A DNA stretch of 64,000 nucleotides from Thermodesulfobacteriota bacterium (GTDB lineage Bacteria > Desulfobacterota > BSN033 > UBA1163). Below are positions 9,484 to 17,414 of the stretch, piece after piece. Below the pieces are notes generated by a model. That model did no database searches. It was not told where the DNA came from and worked only from the letters and a program-made list of their open reading frames with translations. The stretch spans positions 15,321-79,320 of the forward strand of contig JBEKUZ010000004.1 in the NCBI GenBank assembly GCA_049514515.1. Direction: 5' to 3'. Numbering within the stretch: the first letter of the stretch is position 1; each line of letters starts with the position of its first letter. Position numbers and translations under genes: made by a program.

Positions 9484-9702
9484 TTACGCCGCCACTGTGT
9501 GAACGTCGGATGGAAGTCTGCTAAGAATCAATTCCTTTAATTGAATCTTCTTGCTGGCGTTATCAATATCAATACCCACCAAATTGCCTTCGGCATCATA
9601 ATCAAGCACGACACCTTCAGAAATCTCCTTGCTCTCGACGCTCGTTTTCTCCGAGAGATCGATATACAGGGAATCGGTCTCCGGGTAATAGTTGAGTTTC
9701 AT
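9484..9702 (-). CDS. DUF2283-family protein (putative antitoxin partner)
   Basis: 72 aa (MKLNYYPETDSLYIDLSE...EGVVLDYDAEGNLVGIDI) typical of DUF2283. 4-nt overlap with the upstream DUF4258 gene. Confidence 0.6.
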   Translation of the reverse strand: MKLNYYPETDSLYIDLSEKTSVESKEISEGVVLDYDAEGNLVGIDIDNASKKIQLKELILSRLPSDVHTVAA

Positions 9703-9941
9703 AGCTTGTACCTCCTGTCAAAAAAAGCATTGTGAATCGTTTTTTTATCTTCCAAAGTCACTACTCGTAAGACACGGCCTTCAAGTTCATCGATTATACC
9801 CCAAAATCGAAAACGCTTAGGTTCCTGAGGTTCGATCTTGAGCGGGTTCTCAATGACGCGAATACACCATTCCCTCTTGAGATATGGACGTTTCCTCAAA
9901 ACCTCTTTATCAAAATATTCTGTAAATCTATATTCAGCCAT
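9699..9941 (-). CDS. DUF4258-family protein (putative toxin partner)
   Basis: 80 aa. The DUF4258/DUF2283 pairing is a recurrent two-gene TA-like module. Confidence 0.55.
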   Translation of the reverse strand: MAEYRFTEYFDKEVLRKRPYLKREWCIRVIENPLKIEPQEPKRFRFWGIIDELEGRVLRVVTLEDKKTIHNAFFDRRYKL

Positions 9942-10249
9942 TAAACAATTAAATTATACCATGTTTCCCAGCGTTTTTTAGAAAAATTTAGGGCAATTTG
10001 CGGGGGGAGTCAAGAAGAAAATCTGGGGACGTCTGTCTAACCTCTAAAGAAATAACGGCAAAACATTGCAGGTGAAAATTATAGGGAGGTAGTTTCGGTT
10101 AGCCCTCGGCAGCTCGAACCTCTTAGAGATATATTTCTGCGGTTAAAAACGCAGTTCTAGGCAATAAATCAGCGTCATTTCTTTGAGATTCAGTTATAAG
10201 TATCAAACACTTACCTTGGTCCAACCCACACACGCGCATCAGCCTGTAG

Positions 10250-11200
10250 TTAGACGACCAGCATTCCAAGAGATGCAATAAGCAAGGCCGAAACAAATTC
10301 TTGGAGCGTATTCGTAACATTTAACAAGTCGATGGATGCCTTCTCTGGTTTGCCAGTATGAAGTATTTGGCTGCGTAAATCGTAACAGTAGATGAAAAAG
10401 CGTTCCGCTGACATTCCCCCGTAATCGCGACTTCCCAATAAGCGCTTCACGAGCTTTCTGCCACTTTGCCTTATTGATTCGTATTTCAGCCACTGTAGGC
10501 TACCCATGAATGACTCTTTTGTTTCTGCCAACATGGCAGAGCGCCGTACCAATTCTGACATATTCTCTACGATAGCTTTGTCCAATTCGGAGCGTTCAGC
10601 AAGCTCAAGTACAGCCTCAATCGACGTCACTAGAGTGATAAGCCTACTCCGGAGGGATACATCAAAGGATGAGGCACAATACAGCTCAAACGCCAATAAT
10701 TGTTTCTCAGTCAGAACGGGGTGCTGGCCAAATGTTTCAGAAAATTGGCCAACGAAGGTAGTTGGATCTTTACCAAGCGTGAACTGGGCGTTCATACGAA
10801 CAAACACCATACCATCTTTGTGTTCGTATATGTCTACACCGTGTACGTCATTCCGAACGGGACGTTTATACATTTCTTCAAACATCTTTATTCCGGTACT
10901 TGTTACGACGCCCCGCAACCGCCCATCACCGAAATCAATCCCGACTCTCTGTCGAACCGCCCAAGCCAAGAGAGCTGCTTTTACCCGTTCAACTGCCTCT
11001 TTCGCCTGTTCAACGGAAGAATACGGGCCGCCTATAACAGCTGCATCTGGGAAATCTTTTATTGGATTTCCTATTCCACCTGACCGGATTCGCAGCTTTT
11101 TACCATCTGCTTCTTCGAAGATCACTTGCTCTTCTGTGTCGATGTTGATACGAGTATCTTGCGAAAGGTGAAATCTAACTCGGAAATCAAAATTAGGCAT
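10250..11200 (-). CDS. Uncharacterised protein (316 aa), C-terminal R-x4-H HEPN-like motif
   Basis: No family recognised. C-terminal ...YDLRSQILHTGKP contains Rx4H. Last gene of the repeat-bracketed segment. Confidence 0.5.
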   Translation of the reverse strand: MPNFDFRVRFHLSQDTRINIDTEEQVIFEEADGKKLRIRSGGIGNPIKDFPDAAVIGGPYSSVEQAKEAVERVKAALLAWAVRQRVGIDFGDGRLRGVVTSTGIKMFEEMYKRPVRNDVHGVDIYEHKDGMVFVRMNAQFTLGKDPTTFVGQFSETFGQHPVLTEKQLLAFELYCASSFDVSLRSRLITLVTSIEAVLELAERSELDKAIVENMSELVRRSAMLAETKESFMGSLQWLKYESIRQSGRKLVKRLLGSRDYGGMSAERFFIYCYDLRSQILHTGKPEKASIDLLNVTNTLQEFVSALLIASLGMLVV

Positions 11201-11310
11201 ATTTACTTACCGTTCGCCTAACGAGCCTGTGGGAAAAACCCCTCACTGCGCTTAGGGGGTGGTTTTCGGGGGTCTCTTGACCCCTCCTCAGCATGAGACC
11301 GTCGCATACA

Positions 11311-11390
11311 GAGCATGCTGAGAGGTCGCATTTTCTTCCACTCGTTGGTTTCGCGCGAGATTGACTTTTTCTACAGCCTCAACGCTAAGG
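11311..11390 (+). repeat. ~78-bp dispersed direct repeat, copy 2
   Basis: CAGAGCATGCTGAGAGGTCGCATTTTCTTCCACTCGTTGGTTTCGCGCGAGATTGACTTTTTCTACAGCCTCAACGCT. Matches 7025-7102. Confidence 0.8.
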
Positions 11391-11441
11391 CTCACCGGGA
11401 GCCGGATTTATCGGCGATCCGGTAGCGCCTTGTTAGGTGCT

Positions 11442-11876
11442 TTATTTTTTTCCCATAGAGAGAAATATCTCTAGTGGAAGTCTTGCCCACTGGCTCTTAT
11501 GCATAGGCTCTAATGGTTCCAATTGTTGCAGCGATTTTAATGGCGTTAACTTCTGCAATCCCTTTAGACGTTCAAGTTTTGTAAGCTTATTAACAGCGCC
11601 TTCGATAAAACCAACCGCATAGCCCTCGTGATCCCAGATTATACCTTTTTTAAACCAGCCAAGATGCTTCCCGTTAAACCCATAAATGGATTCTCCGTCT
11701 AGATACGCGACTGGCTCGCCCTTCCATAGATAAATATTCATCTCATCTTCCGTATCAATATACGCGACCGCTTCACCAGCGTCGTCAAATAATGAAATTT
11801 CACGGGCATACCCAATGGCAGGGACCAATAAAAGGATGACCAGAAAGGTTGCTAACAATCTCGTGACTTTCATTGT
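11442..11876 (-). CDS. Secreted hypothetical protein with internal Y-x-D/G repeats
   Basis: Start moved to MKVTRLLATFLVILLLVPAIGYA (signal peptide) with AAGGAGA 6 nt upstream. The ORF-track start at 11987 is unsupported. Repeats AVAYIDTEDE / PVAYLDGES / YAVGFIEG. Confidence 0.5.
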   Translation of the reverse strand, partial: TMKVTRLLATFLVILLLVPAIGYAREISLFDDAGEAVAYIDTEDEMNIYLWKGEPVAYLDGESIYGFNGKHLGWFKKGIIWDHEGYAVGFIEGAVNKLTKLERLKGLQKLTPLKSLQQLEPLEPMHKSQWARLPLEIFLSMGKK

Positions 11877-11983
11877 CGTCTCCTTTGCACCTAACGGAAA
11901 GCTCAGCCAGAGGCAGGCGCCGTTTCCTGCCGATTGGCTGCAGCGCCGGGTTAGAGCTTTCATGGACACTGTCGAGAGATTCC

Positions 11984-12856
11984 TCATGGGGATGTGTCCA
12001 CGGCCCCTATCAACTCAGGTTTCACAAAGGCTTCGAGGTCTGCCAAGAAATCCTCGACCCCGTTGCCGCGCCTTGAGAAGCACTTTGCGATAGGCATTCC
12101 AGTTCGAGCCTTCGCTATGCGCCGCCTCATCTTTTCGACACGCTCCGCCCAGGGGCCGTCGAGAAGAACATAATCGCAGCAATTCACCGACATGGCTGCG
12201 TGCTGAAGGTCAATAGCGTCGTTTTCGGAGATCGGTGCTTTGCAGTCCAGAACATAGCCGCGTATCAGCTCCCCCAAAATCACTTTTGTTCTTGGTCGCC
12301 TGTCATCTGGAACTGCATTGCGAGCTTTGCGGACGTAGCTTGGTTCTAGGCGGATACTTTCTATCCGCTTGATAATCTCCACAGCAACACGATCAGTCGA
12401 TTTAACAAGTTCGGTCCCATACTCGTAAGCCACCGAAATGAAGCCGCGCATAGTGAACCCAAAGGGGGCATTTTGCGCACGCTCACAGAAGAACTTGAGT
12501 GTCGGAAGATCAGCGGACGGCCAAAACCGCCTCTGGTTGTTGGAATCAGCTCGTTCCTGCTCTAGGACCTTGTCTAGGGCGAAATCTGTGAAGAAAACGT
12601 TCGGTAACAACCTCTCGATGAAAGCTTCGGTGTCGCGGCAATGACGAGCATCCGTAGCGCGGACGAACTCGACCAACGAAAGATTAGACAGAAGGAGGGT
12701 TCCTCCCTTCGACATGAGGGCTTTCACAAACCGATCTTGGATACCCGGGTCGTCAGAGAATACTCGAATTGCCCAGTGATCAAAATAGACAGTTGGTGGG
12801 TCAAAGCTCTGCCTCGCGTGAACACCGTCGGACGCTACTAAAAACTCAATGGGCAT
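11984..12856 (-). CDS. Uncharacterised protein (290 aa)
   Basis: No recognisable family. Possible PIN-like pattern, very uncertain. First gene of a three-gene minus-strand operon. Confidence 0.45.
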   Translation of the reverse strand: MPIEFLVASDGVHARQSFDPPTVYFDHWAIRVFSDDPGIQDRFVKALMSKGGTLLLSNLSLVEFVRATDARHCRDTEAFIERLLPNVFFTDFALDKVLEQERADSNNQRRFWPSADLPTLKFFCERAQNAPFGFTMRGFISVAYEYGTELVKSTDRVAVEIIKRIESIRLEPSYVRKARNAVPDDRRPRTKVILGELIRGYVLDCKAPISENDAIDLQHAAMSVNCCDYVLLDGPWAERVEKMRRRIAKARTGMPIAKCFSRRGNGVEDFLADLEAFVKPELIGAVDTSP

Positions 12857-13118
12857 TTGACGGATCCTTGATGTATCATTCTATGGCTCTAACAATTAAT
12901 AGACGAAGTTCCGATTTGTTTCCAATCGGTCCTCCTAAGTCTACCTTATTACCACTTTTTACACATGGTGTCTATAAGTCAATCGATTGTATTCCGGATA
13001 ATAAAGGAGCACTCTCCGCGGGAGAAGTCCCGTGGATCAAAAGCCGTCATAATAAATTCCAAGATATTGAATTGTCCCAACAACTAATGCAAACGCGTTT
13101 AATCACTTTACATGTAGC

Positions 13119-13159
13119 GCAAGGCTTTAGCCTTGCTTAAAGCAACCCTAAAGGGTTGC
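13119..13159. promoter_or_regulatory. Twin 7-4-7 palindromes GCAAGGC-TTTA-GCCTTGC / GCAACCC-TAAA-GGGTTGC upstream of uvrA
   Basis: Two adjacent perfect palindromes with the shared frame GCAA-N3-TWWA-N3-TTGC, about 70-110 bp upstream of the uvrA start. Candidate operator (for example an SOS-type repressor). Confidence 0.35.
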
Positions 13160-13228
13160 CCTACAAAATATTTAATGCGTTTGTATTAGTTTGAAGAAAT
13201 GGTGGACTTATGTATTATAATTAATTCG

Positions 13229-16042
13229 ATGGAAAAGTTTATAGAGATTATCGGGGCCAAGTCCCACAACCTCAAGAATATCAACTGCAAAATTCCCAGG
13301 GGAAAGATTACCGTCATCACAGGCGTCTCGGGGTCGGGCAAATCAACCCTCGCTTTCGACACACTCTTCGCAGAAGGCCAGAGACGTTACATTGAATCCC
13401 TCTCCACTTATGCCCGGCAATTCTTAGAGAAGATGGACCGGCCTGATGTCGAAGCCATCCATGGAATCCCTCCTGCCATCGCCATCGAACAGAAAAACAG
13501 CGTCAAGAATGCTCGCTCCACGGTTGGAACAGCCTCTGAGATATATGATTACCTCAGGCTTCTCTTTGCTAAGATCGGTGAAGTCTTCTGCCCGGACTGC
13601 CACGTCAAAGTCTCAGGCGATACCGTGGAGGGTGTCGTAGAACAGATCTTGAGTCAATTTAAAGGAGTAAAGATTTTCATCCTCAGCCCGGTCTCTCTGG
13701 ACGATAGCCAGGAAAGAGAGCTTAAGGTAAAAGATCTCATCAAAAATGGATATTACCGAATTTGCGAGAAAGGCCAAATTCTTGATCTCACCAGCCTCTC
13801 TGCTTCAGAATTTCAACAAAGGTTTTCCCCCTCTTCCTCCCCTCTCCCACAAGGGGAGAGGGTGATGGAGAAGAAAGCTCTCTCCGTCCTCATTGACAGG
13901 CTTGTCTTAGAAGAGAAGGAAAGATCAAGGCTATCTGAAGCCATTCAGAAAGGGTTTCAAGTAGGGAATGGTAAAATTGAAGTGCTCACTGAACAGGGTA
14001 AGAGAATGACCTTCAACAGGAGCTTCTCCTGTAATCGCTGCGGACGAAATTTTTCAGAGCCCGAGCCTCTTCTCTTCTCGTTTAACAGCCCTCTCGGCGC
14101 CTGCCGCGCCTGCCAGGGTTTCGGCAGGATCATTGGGATCGATTGGCAGAAGGTGATCCCGGATCCGAAAAAGACATTGAAAGAAAAACCCTTTGCTCCC
14201 TGGAACACGCCGGCTTATGAAGACCTTTATGAATATCTATGGACGGCCTGCCGGAGGCACAAGATTCCAACCCAAAAACCCTTTGAAGAACTTCTCCCTC
14301 AACAGAAAGAGATTTTAGTCAACGGAAAAGGGGAGTTCATCGGCTTAAAAGGATTCTTTGAATGGATGGAAGGAAAGCGGTACAAAGTTCACTACCGGGT
14401 TTTTCTGAGTAAATACCGGGCCTATACCCCCTGCCCCACCTGTCACAATACCCGACTAAAAGAAGAAGCACTCTATGTGTTACTGGCGGGGAAAAATATT
14501 GCCGAGCTTTGCGACATGCCTATCTCCGACCTCCAGATGTTCTTCAAGAATCTGCCGATCAAAGACTTTCAAAAGAAGGTTGGAGAGCGCCTGCTTAAAG
14601 AGATTAACGACCGAATCGGATTCATGGTGGATGTCGGATTGGGATACTTAACCCTTTCCCGTCAAACCAGAACTCTCTCCAGCGGCGAATATCAGCGCAT
14701 CACATTGGCGAGGTCGCTCGGCTCCGCTCTGACTGAAACTCTCTATGTCTTGGATGAGCCGAGCATTGGCCTGCACGCAAGGGATACCCATCGCCTCCTT
14801 CGGTCCCTCCGGAAATTACGAGAAGGAGGAAATACAGTGGTCGTAGTGGAACACGATCCGGATGTGATACGAGCAGCCGATGAGGTCATTGACCTTGGCC
14901 CCGGGGCCGGAAGATCGGGAGGCTCTATGGTTTTTCAAGGAGGGCTGGAATCCCTTCTGCAAAACCAGGATTCCATTACAGCCCGCTACTTGCGAGACGG
15001 AACGGCCTCTGATCCAATCAGGTCTCTTAGAAAACCGCAAGGGTGGATTTCCATCCACAATGCACGGGAGCACAACCTTAAAGGAATCGATGTGAGAATC
15101 CCGTTGGGCGTAATGGTTTGCATCACGGGCGTCTCCGGAGCCGGAAAGACCACCTTGGTTCACAACATTCTATACTCAGGAGCAAAGGGCAATGGGAGCT
15201 CAGGCTTTGAAAAGGGAGCCTTCGACTCCATCAAAGGTCTCGATCAGATCCATGATCTCATCCTGGTCGATCAATCGCCCATTGGGAAAAGTCTTCGCTC
15301 AAACTCAGCCACCTATATCAAGGTATTCAGCGAGATTCGGGATCTTTTCGCCCAGACCCGGGAGGCCAAGCGATATGGATTCAAACCCCGCCATTTCTCT
15401 TTCAATACAGAAGGGGGCCGATGTGAAACCTGCCAGGGCGCGGGGTTTCAAGTTCTGGACATGCAATTCTTAGAAGATGTCATCATCACCTGTGAAACGT
15501 GTGAAGGGAAGAGATTCCGGCCTGAGATTCTGAAAGTGAAGTACCGAGATAAGAATATTTCAGAAGTGCTAAATATGACCGTTGATGATGCAATCGCCTT
15601 CTTCGAAAGCCATCACCGAATTCTGCAAAAACTTCAAACCCTGAAAGACGTGGGCTTAGGCTATCTCACCCTCGGCCAATCCACCAATACGCTGAGCGGG
15701 GGAGAATCCCAGCGTCTGAAACTGGCTCAGCATATCGGCCAAAGCCATGAGGGGAAGAGTCTCTTCATCTTTGACGAACCCACCACAGGACTCCACATGG
15801 CCGATGTCGAACTCCTTCTGATGACCTTTGAGAAACTTCTTTCCCAAGGCCATTCGATCATCGTGATTGAACACAACCTCGACCTCATCCGACGTGCAGA
15901 TTATATCATTGATTTGGGCCCTGAAGGAGGGGAAGAAGGAGGAAGGATCGTGGCCGAGGGCGATCTCAAAAAGATCATGGCCTCGCCGCAATCCTACACA
16001 GGGCAGTTCCTAAAACAACGCCTGAACGAAACAAAGGTTTAG
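13229..16042 (+). CDS. uvrA: Excinuclease ABC subunit A (UvrA)
   Basis: MEKFIEIIGAKSHNLKNI...GVSGSGKSTLAFDTLFAEGQRRYIESLSTYARQF. Two ABC ATPase modules, zinc-finger cysteines. Start trimmed to 13229 by alignment to the canonical UvrA N-terminus. Confidence 0.95.
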   Translation: MEKFIEIIGAKSHNLKNINCKIPRGKITVITGVSGSGKSTLAFDTLFAEGQRRYIESLSTYARQFLEKMDRPDVEAIHGIPPAIAIEQKNSVKNARSTVGTASEIYDYLRLLFAKIGEVFCPDCHVKVSGDTVEGVVEQILSQFKGVKIFILSPVSLDDSQERELKVKDLIKNGYYRICEKGQILDLTSLSASEFQQRFSPSSSPLPQGERVMEKKALSVLIDRLVLEEKERSRLSEAIQKGFQVGNGKIEVLTEQGKRMTFNRSFSCNRCGRNFSEPEPLLFSFNSPLGACRACQGFGRIIGIDWQKVIPDPKKTLKEKPFAPWNTPAYEDLYEYLWTACRRHKIPTQKPFEELLPQQKEILVNGKGEFIGLKGFFEWMEGKRYKVHYRVFLSKYRAYTPCPTCHNTRLKEEALYVLLAGKNIAELCDMPISDLQMFFKNLPIKDFQKKVGERLLKEINDRIGFMVDVGLGYLTLSRQTRTLSSGEYQRITLARSLGSALTETLYVLDEPSIGLHARDTHRLLRSLRKLREGGNTVVVVEHDPDVIRAADEVIDLGPGAGRSGGSMVFQGGLESLLQNQDSITARYLRDGTASDPIRSLRKPQGWISIHNAREHNLKGIDVRIPLGVMVCITGVSGAGKTTLVHNILYSGAKGNGSSGFEKGAFDSIKGLDQIHDLILVDQSPIGKSLRSNSATYIKVFSEIRDLFAQTREAKRYGFKPRHFSFNTEGGRCETCQGAGFQVLDMQFLEDVIITCETCEGKRFRPEILKVKYRDKNISEVLNMTVDDAIAFFESHHRILQKLQTLKDVGLGYLTLGQSTNTLSGGESQRLKLAQHIGQSHEGKSLFIFDEPTTGLHMADVELLLMTFEKLLSQGHSIIVIEHNLDLIRRADYIIDLGPEGGEEGGRIVAEGDLKKIMASPQSYTGQFLKQRLNETKV
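13826..13865. repeat. Palindromic mini-element inserted in-frame in uvrA (TCCCCTCTCCC-ACAA-GGGGAGAGGG)
   Basis: Encodes SPSSSPLPQGERV inside the UvrA variable region. Same core as the intergenic copies at 4655 and 16483. Confidence 0.7.
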
Positions 16043-16107
16043 GTTTAGGTTTAGGCTAAGATTAAGATTAAAACCTGAGATCCCTCAATCTTAACCTCAG
16101 CCTCAAC

Positions 16108-16368
16108 CTAAATCTCTGTTCTCTGTTTGATGCAGCTGAGCATCTGTTCGAGGCGATTCCGCTCAAATCCGACCATCACCTCGTTGCATGCAGTAATCAC
16201 CGGTACGCTTCGCGCACCAGAAATCTTCACCATCTCGTCCAATGCTGCCCGGTCTTTGGTCACATCGTACTCTGTAAATTTGTAGCCCTTTTGCGAAAGA
16301 AACTCTTTCGCCATCTTGCAATAGGGTCACGTCGGTGTCGAATAAACTTTGATTTCGTCTTCTGCCAT
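16108..16368 (-). CDS. Glutaredoxin-like selenoprotein (UGA-encoded Sec in a U-P-Y-C active site)
   Basis: The track ORF 16108-16314 starts at MAKEF. Extending upstream in frame gives MAEDEIKVYSTPT-TGA-PYCKMAKEFL..., i.e. a Grx/NrdH CPYC motif with the first Cys replaced by an in-frame TGA (16327-16329). GGAGG RBS 8 nt before the ATG at 16368. SECIS-like hairpin follows the UGA. Confidence 0.75.
16285..16326 (-). promoter_or_regulatory. SECIS-like stem-loop immediately 3' of the in-frame UGA
   Basis: mRNA UGA-CCCUAUUGC-AAGAUG-GCGAAAG-AGUUU-CUUUCGC-AAAAGGG. 7-bp upper stem with a 5-nt G/U-containing loop, plus a lower stem CCCUAUUGC/GCAAAAGGG, at the spacing of bacterial SECIS elements. Confidence 0.5.
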
Positions 16369-16482
16369 AGGGATTCCTCCTCGTTCATATATTATTCACC
16401 GCTTCTTCTTTATTTTTACACATATCCCCTTTGAATTGTCAACGAATGTTTTTTCCCGAGCTTTTCCTTTTATCGGGTTCAC

Positions 16483-16552
16483 CCTCACCCCGCCCTCTCC
16501 CCTCAAGGGAGAGGGAAGTGGAAGGTGGTTCCACCCTCACCCCGCCCGCTGC
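16483..16552. repeat. GC-rich palindromic mini-element (CACCCTCACCCCGCC-CTCTCCCCTCAAGGGAGAGGG...CACCCTCACCCCGCC)
   Basis: Palindrome CCCTCTCCCCTCAAGGGAGAGGG flanked by 15-bp direct repeats. Homologous to 4655-4712. It generates the spurious N-terminal extension of ORF 16431. Confidence 0.7.
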
Positions 16553-16661
16553 CTCAGGCCTGACCCGTACTATTCATCTCGAATTTCTCTATCATTGGCA
16601 CGAAAGGTGTCTAATATTATATCGCAATTTTCAGATTTCCTTTACAGAATTTTGGGCTATA

Positions 16662-17384
16662 ATGTCTCTCATGAATTTTTCGGGAAACAAATCGGCCGCC
16701 GTTAGAAGGTCGAAGTCTAAAGATCTCCAGAATGCAGCAGAGGACTTCCGTTATCTCCTGAACCGACGATACCCCAGGAAAGCTGCGCTTGAACTCGTCG
16801 GGAATCGATTCGGACTGACTTTCGATGAACGGCATCTTCTTCACCGAGGAGTTTTCTCAAGTGCCGATTCTAAATCCAGAAGGAAAAGAATTGTCCCTAT
16901 CACTGGTATCCGGAACAAAGACTTGGCCATCGATGGTCACAATGTCTTGATTACCATTGAAGCTGCCCTCTCCGGCCGTGCTCTGGTTCTTGCAGATGAC
17001 GGGTTTATCAGAGACATCTCCGGCCTCTCAGGAAGTTTTAGGAAATCGAAGGTAACAGAAACAGCCATCCAATTGGTTCTCAACGTCTCAAAGAAGTGGA
17101 AACCCCGTAAAACCCTCTTCCTTTTCGATGCACCGATCAGCATGAGCGGTAAATTGGCCCGGGAGATCAGGGATCGACTGAATCAAGCGAACCTTCCAGG
17201 AGATGCCGTGGCAGTGAAGGTACCGGAGAAGATTCTGATTGGGTTCCCTGGAGTAATCGCTTCGAGTGACACGGCAATCATTGACCGATCTGAGAAGGTG
17301 TTGGATTTGGCCGGCTATATCATAACGAAGAAAATTGGCTTAAAATCTTTTCTGCAATGGAAGAGAAGACCGCTGGTTGACTGA
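16662..17384 (+). CDS. Conserved hypothetical protein (~240 aa)
   Basis: Start moved to MSLMNF (16662). The upstream part of the track ORF is made of repeat-element sequence. No confident family assignment. Confidence 0.45.
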   Translation: MSLMNFSGNKSAAVRRSKSKDLQNAAEDFRYLLNRRYPRKAALELVGNRFGLTFDERHLLHRGVFSSADSKSRRKRIVPITGIRNKDLAIDGHNVLITIEAALSGRALVLADDGFIRDISGLSGSFRKSKVTETAIQLVLNVSKKWKPRKTLFLFDAPISMSGKLAREIRDRLNQANLPGDAVAVKVPEKILIGFPGVIASSDTAIIDRSEKVLDLAGYIITKKIGLKSFLQWKRRPLVD

Positions 17385-17414
17385 CATCCCTGACTCTAAA
17401 GGGAGACACCGCGT

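Noticed and set aside
10506-11171. 221-aa plus-strand ORF antisense to the 316-aa unknown gene
   Set aside because: Ser/Thr-rich low-complexity translation with no start context. The opposite-strand gene has better coding character.
16431-16661. N-terminal 77 codons of the ORF at 16431
   Set aside because: This stretch is composed of the palindromic mini-element (PSPRPLPSREREVEGG...) and has no RBS. The start was moved to MSLMNF at 16662.
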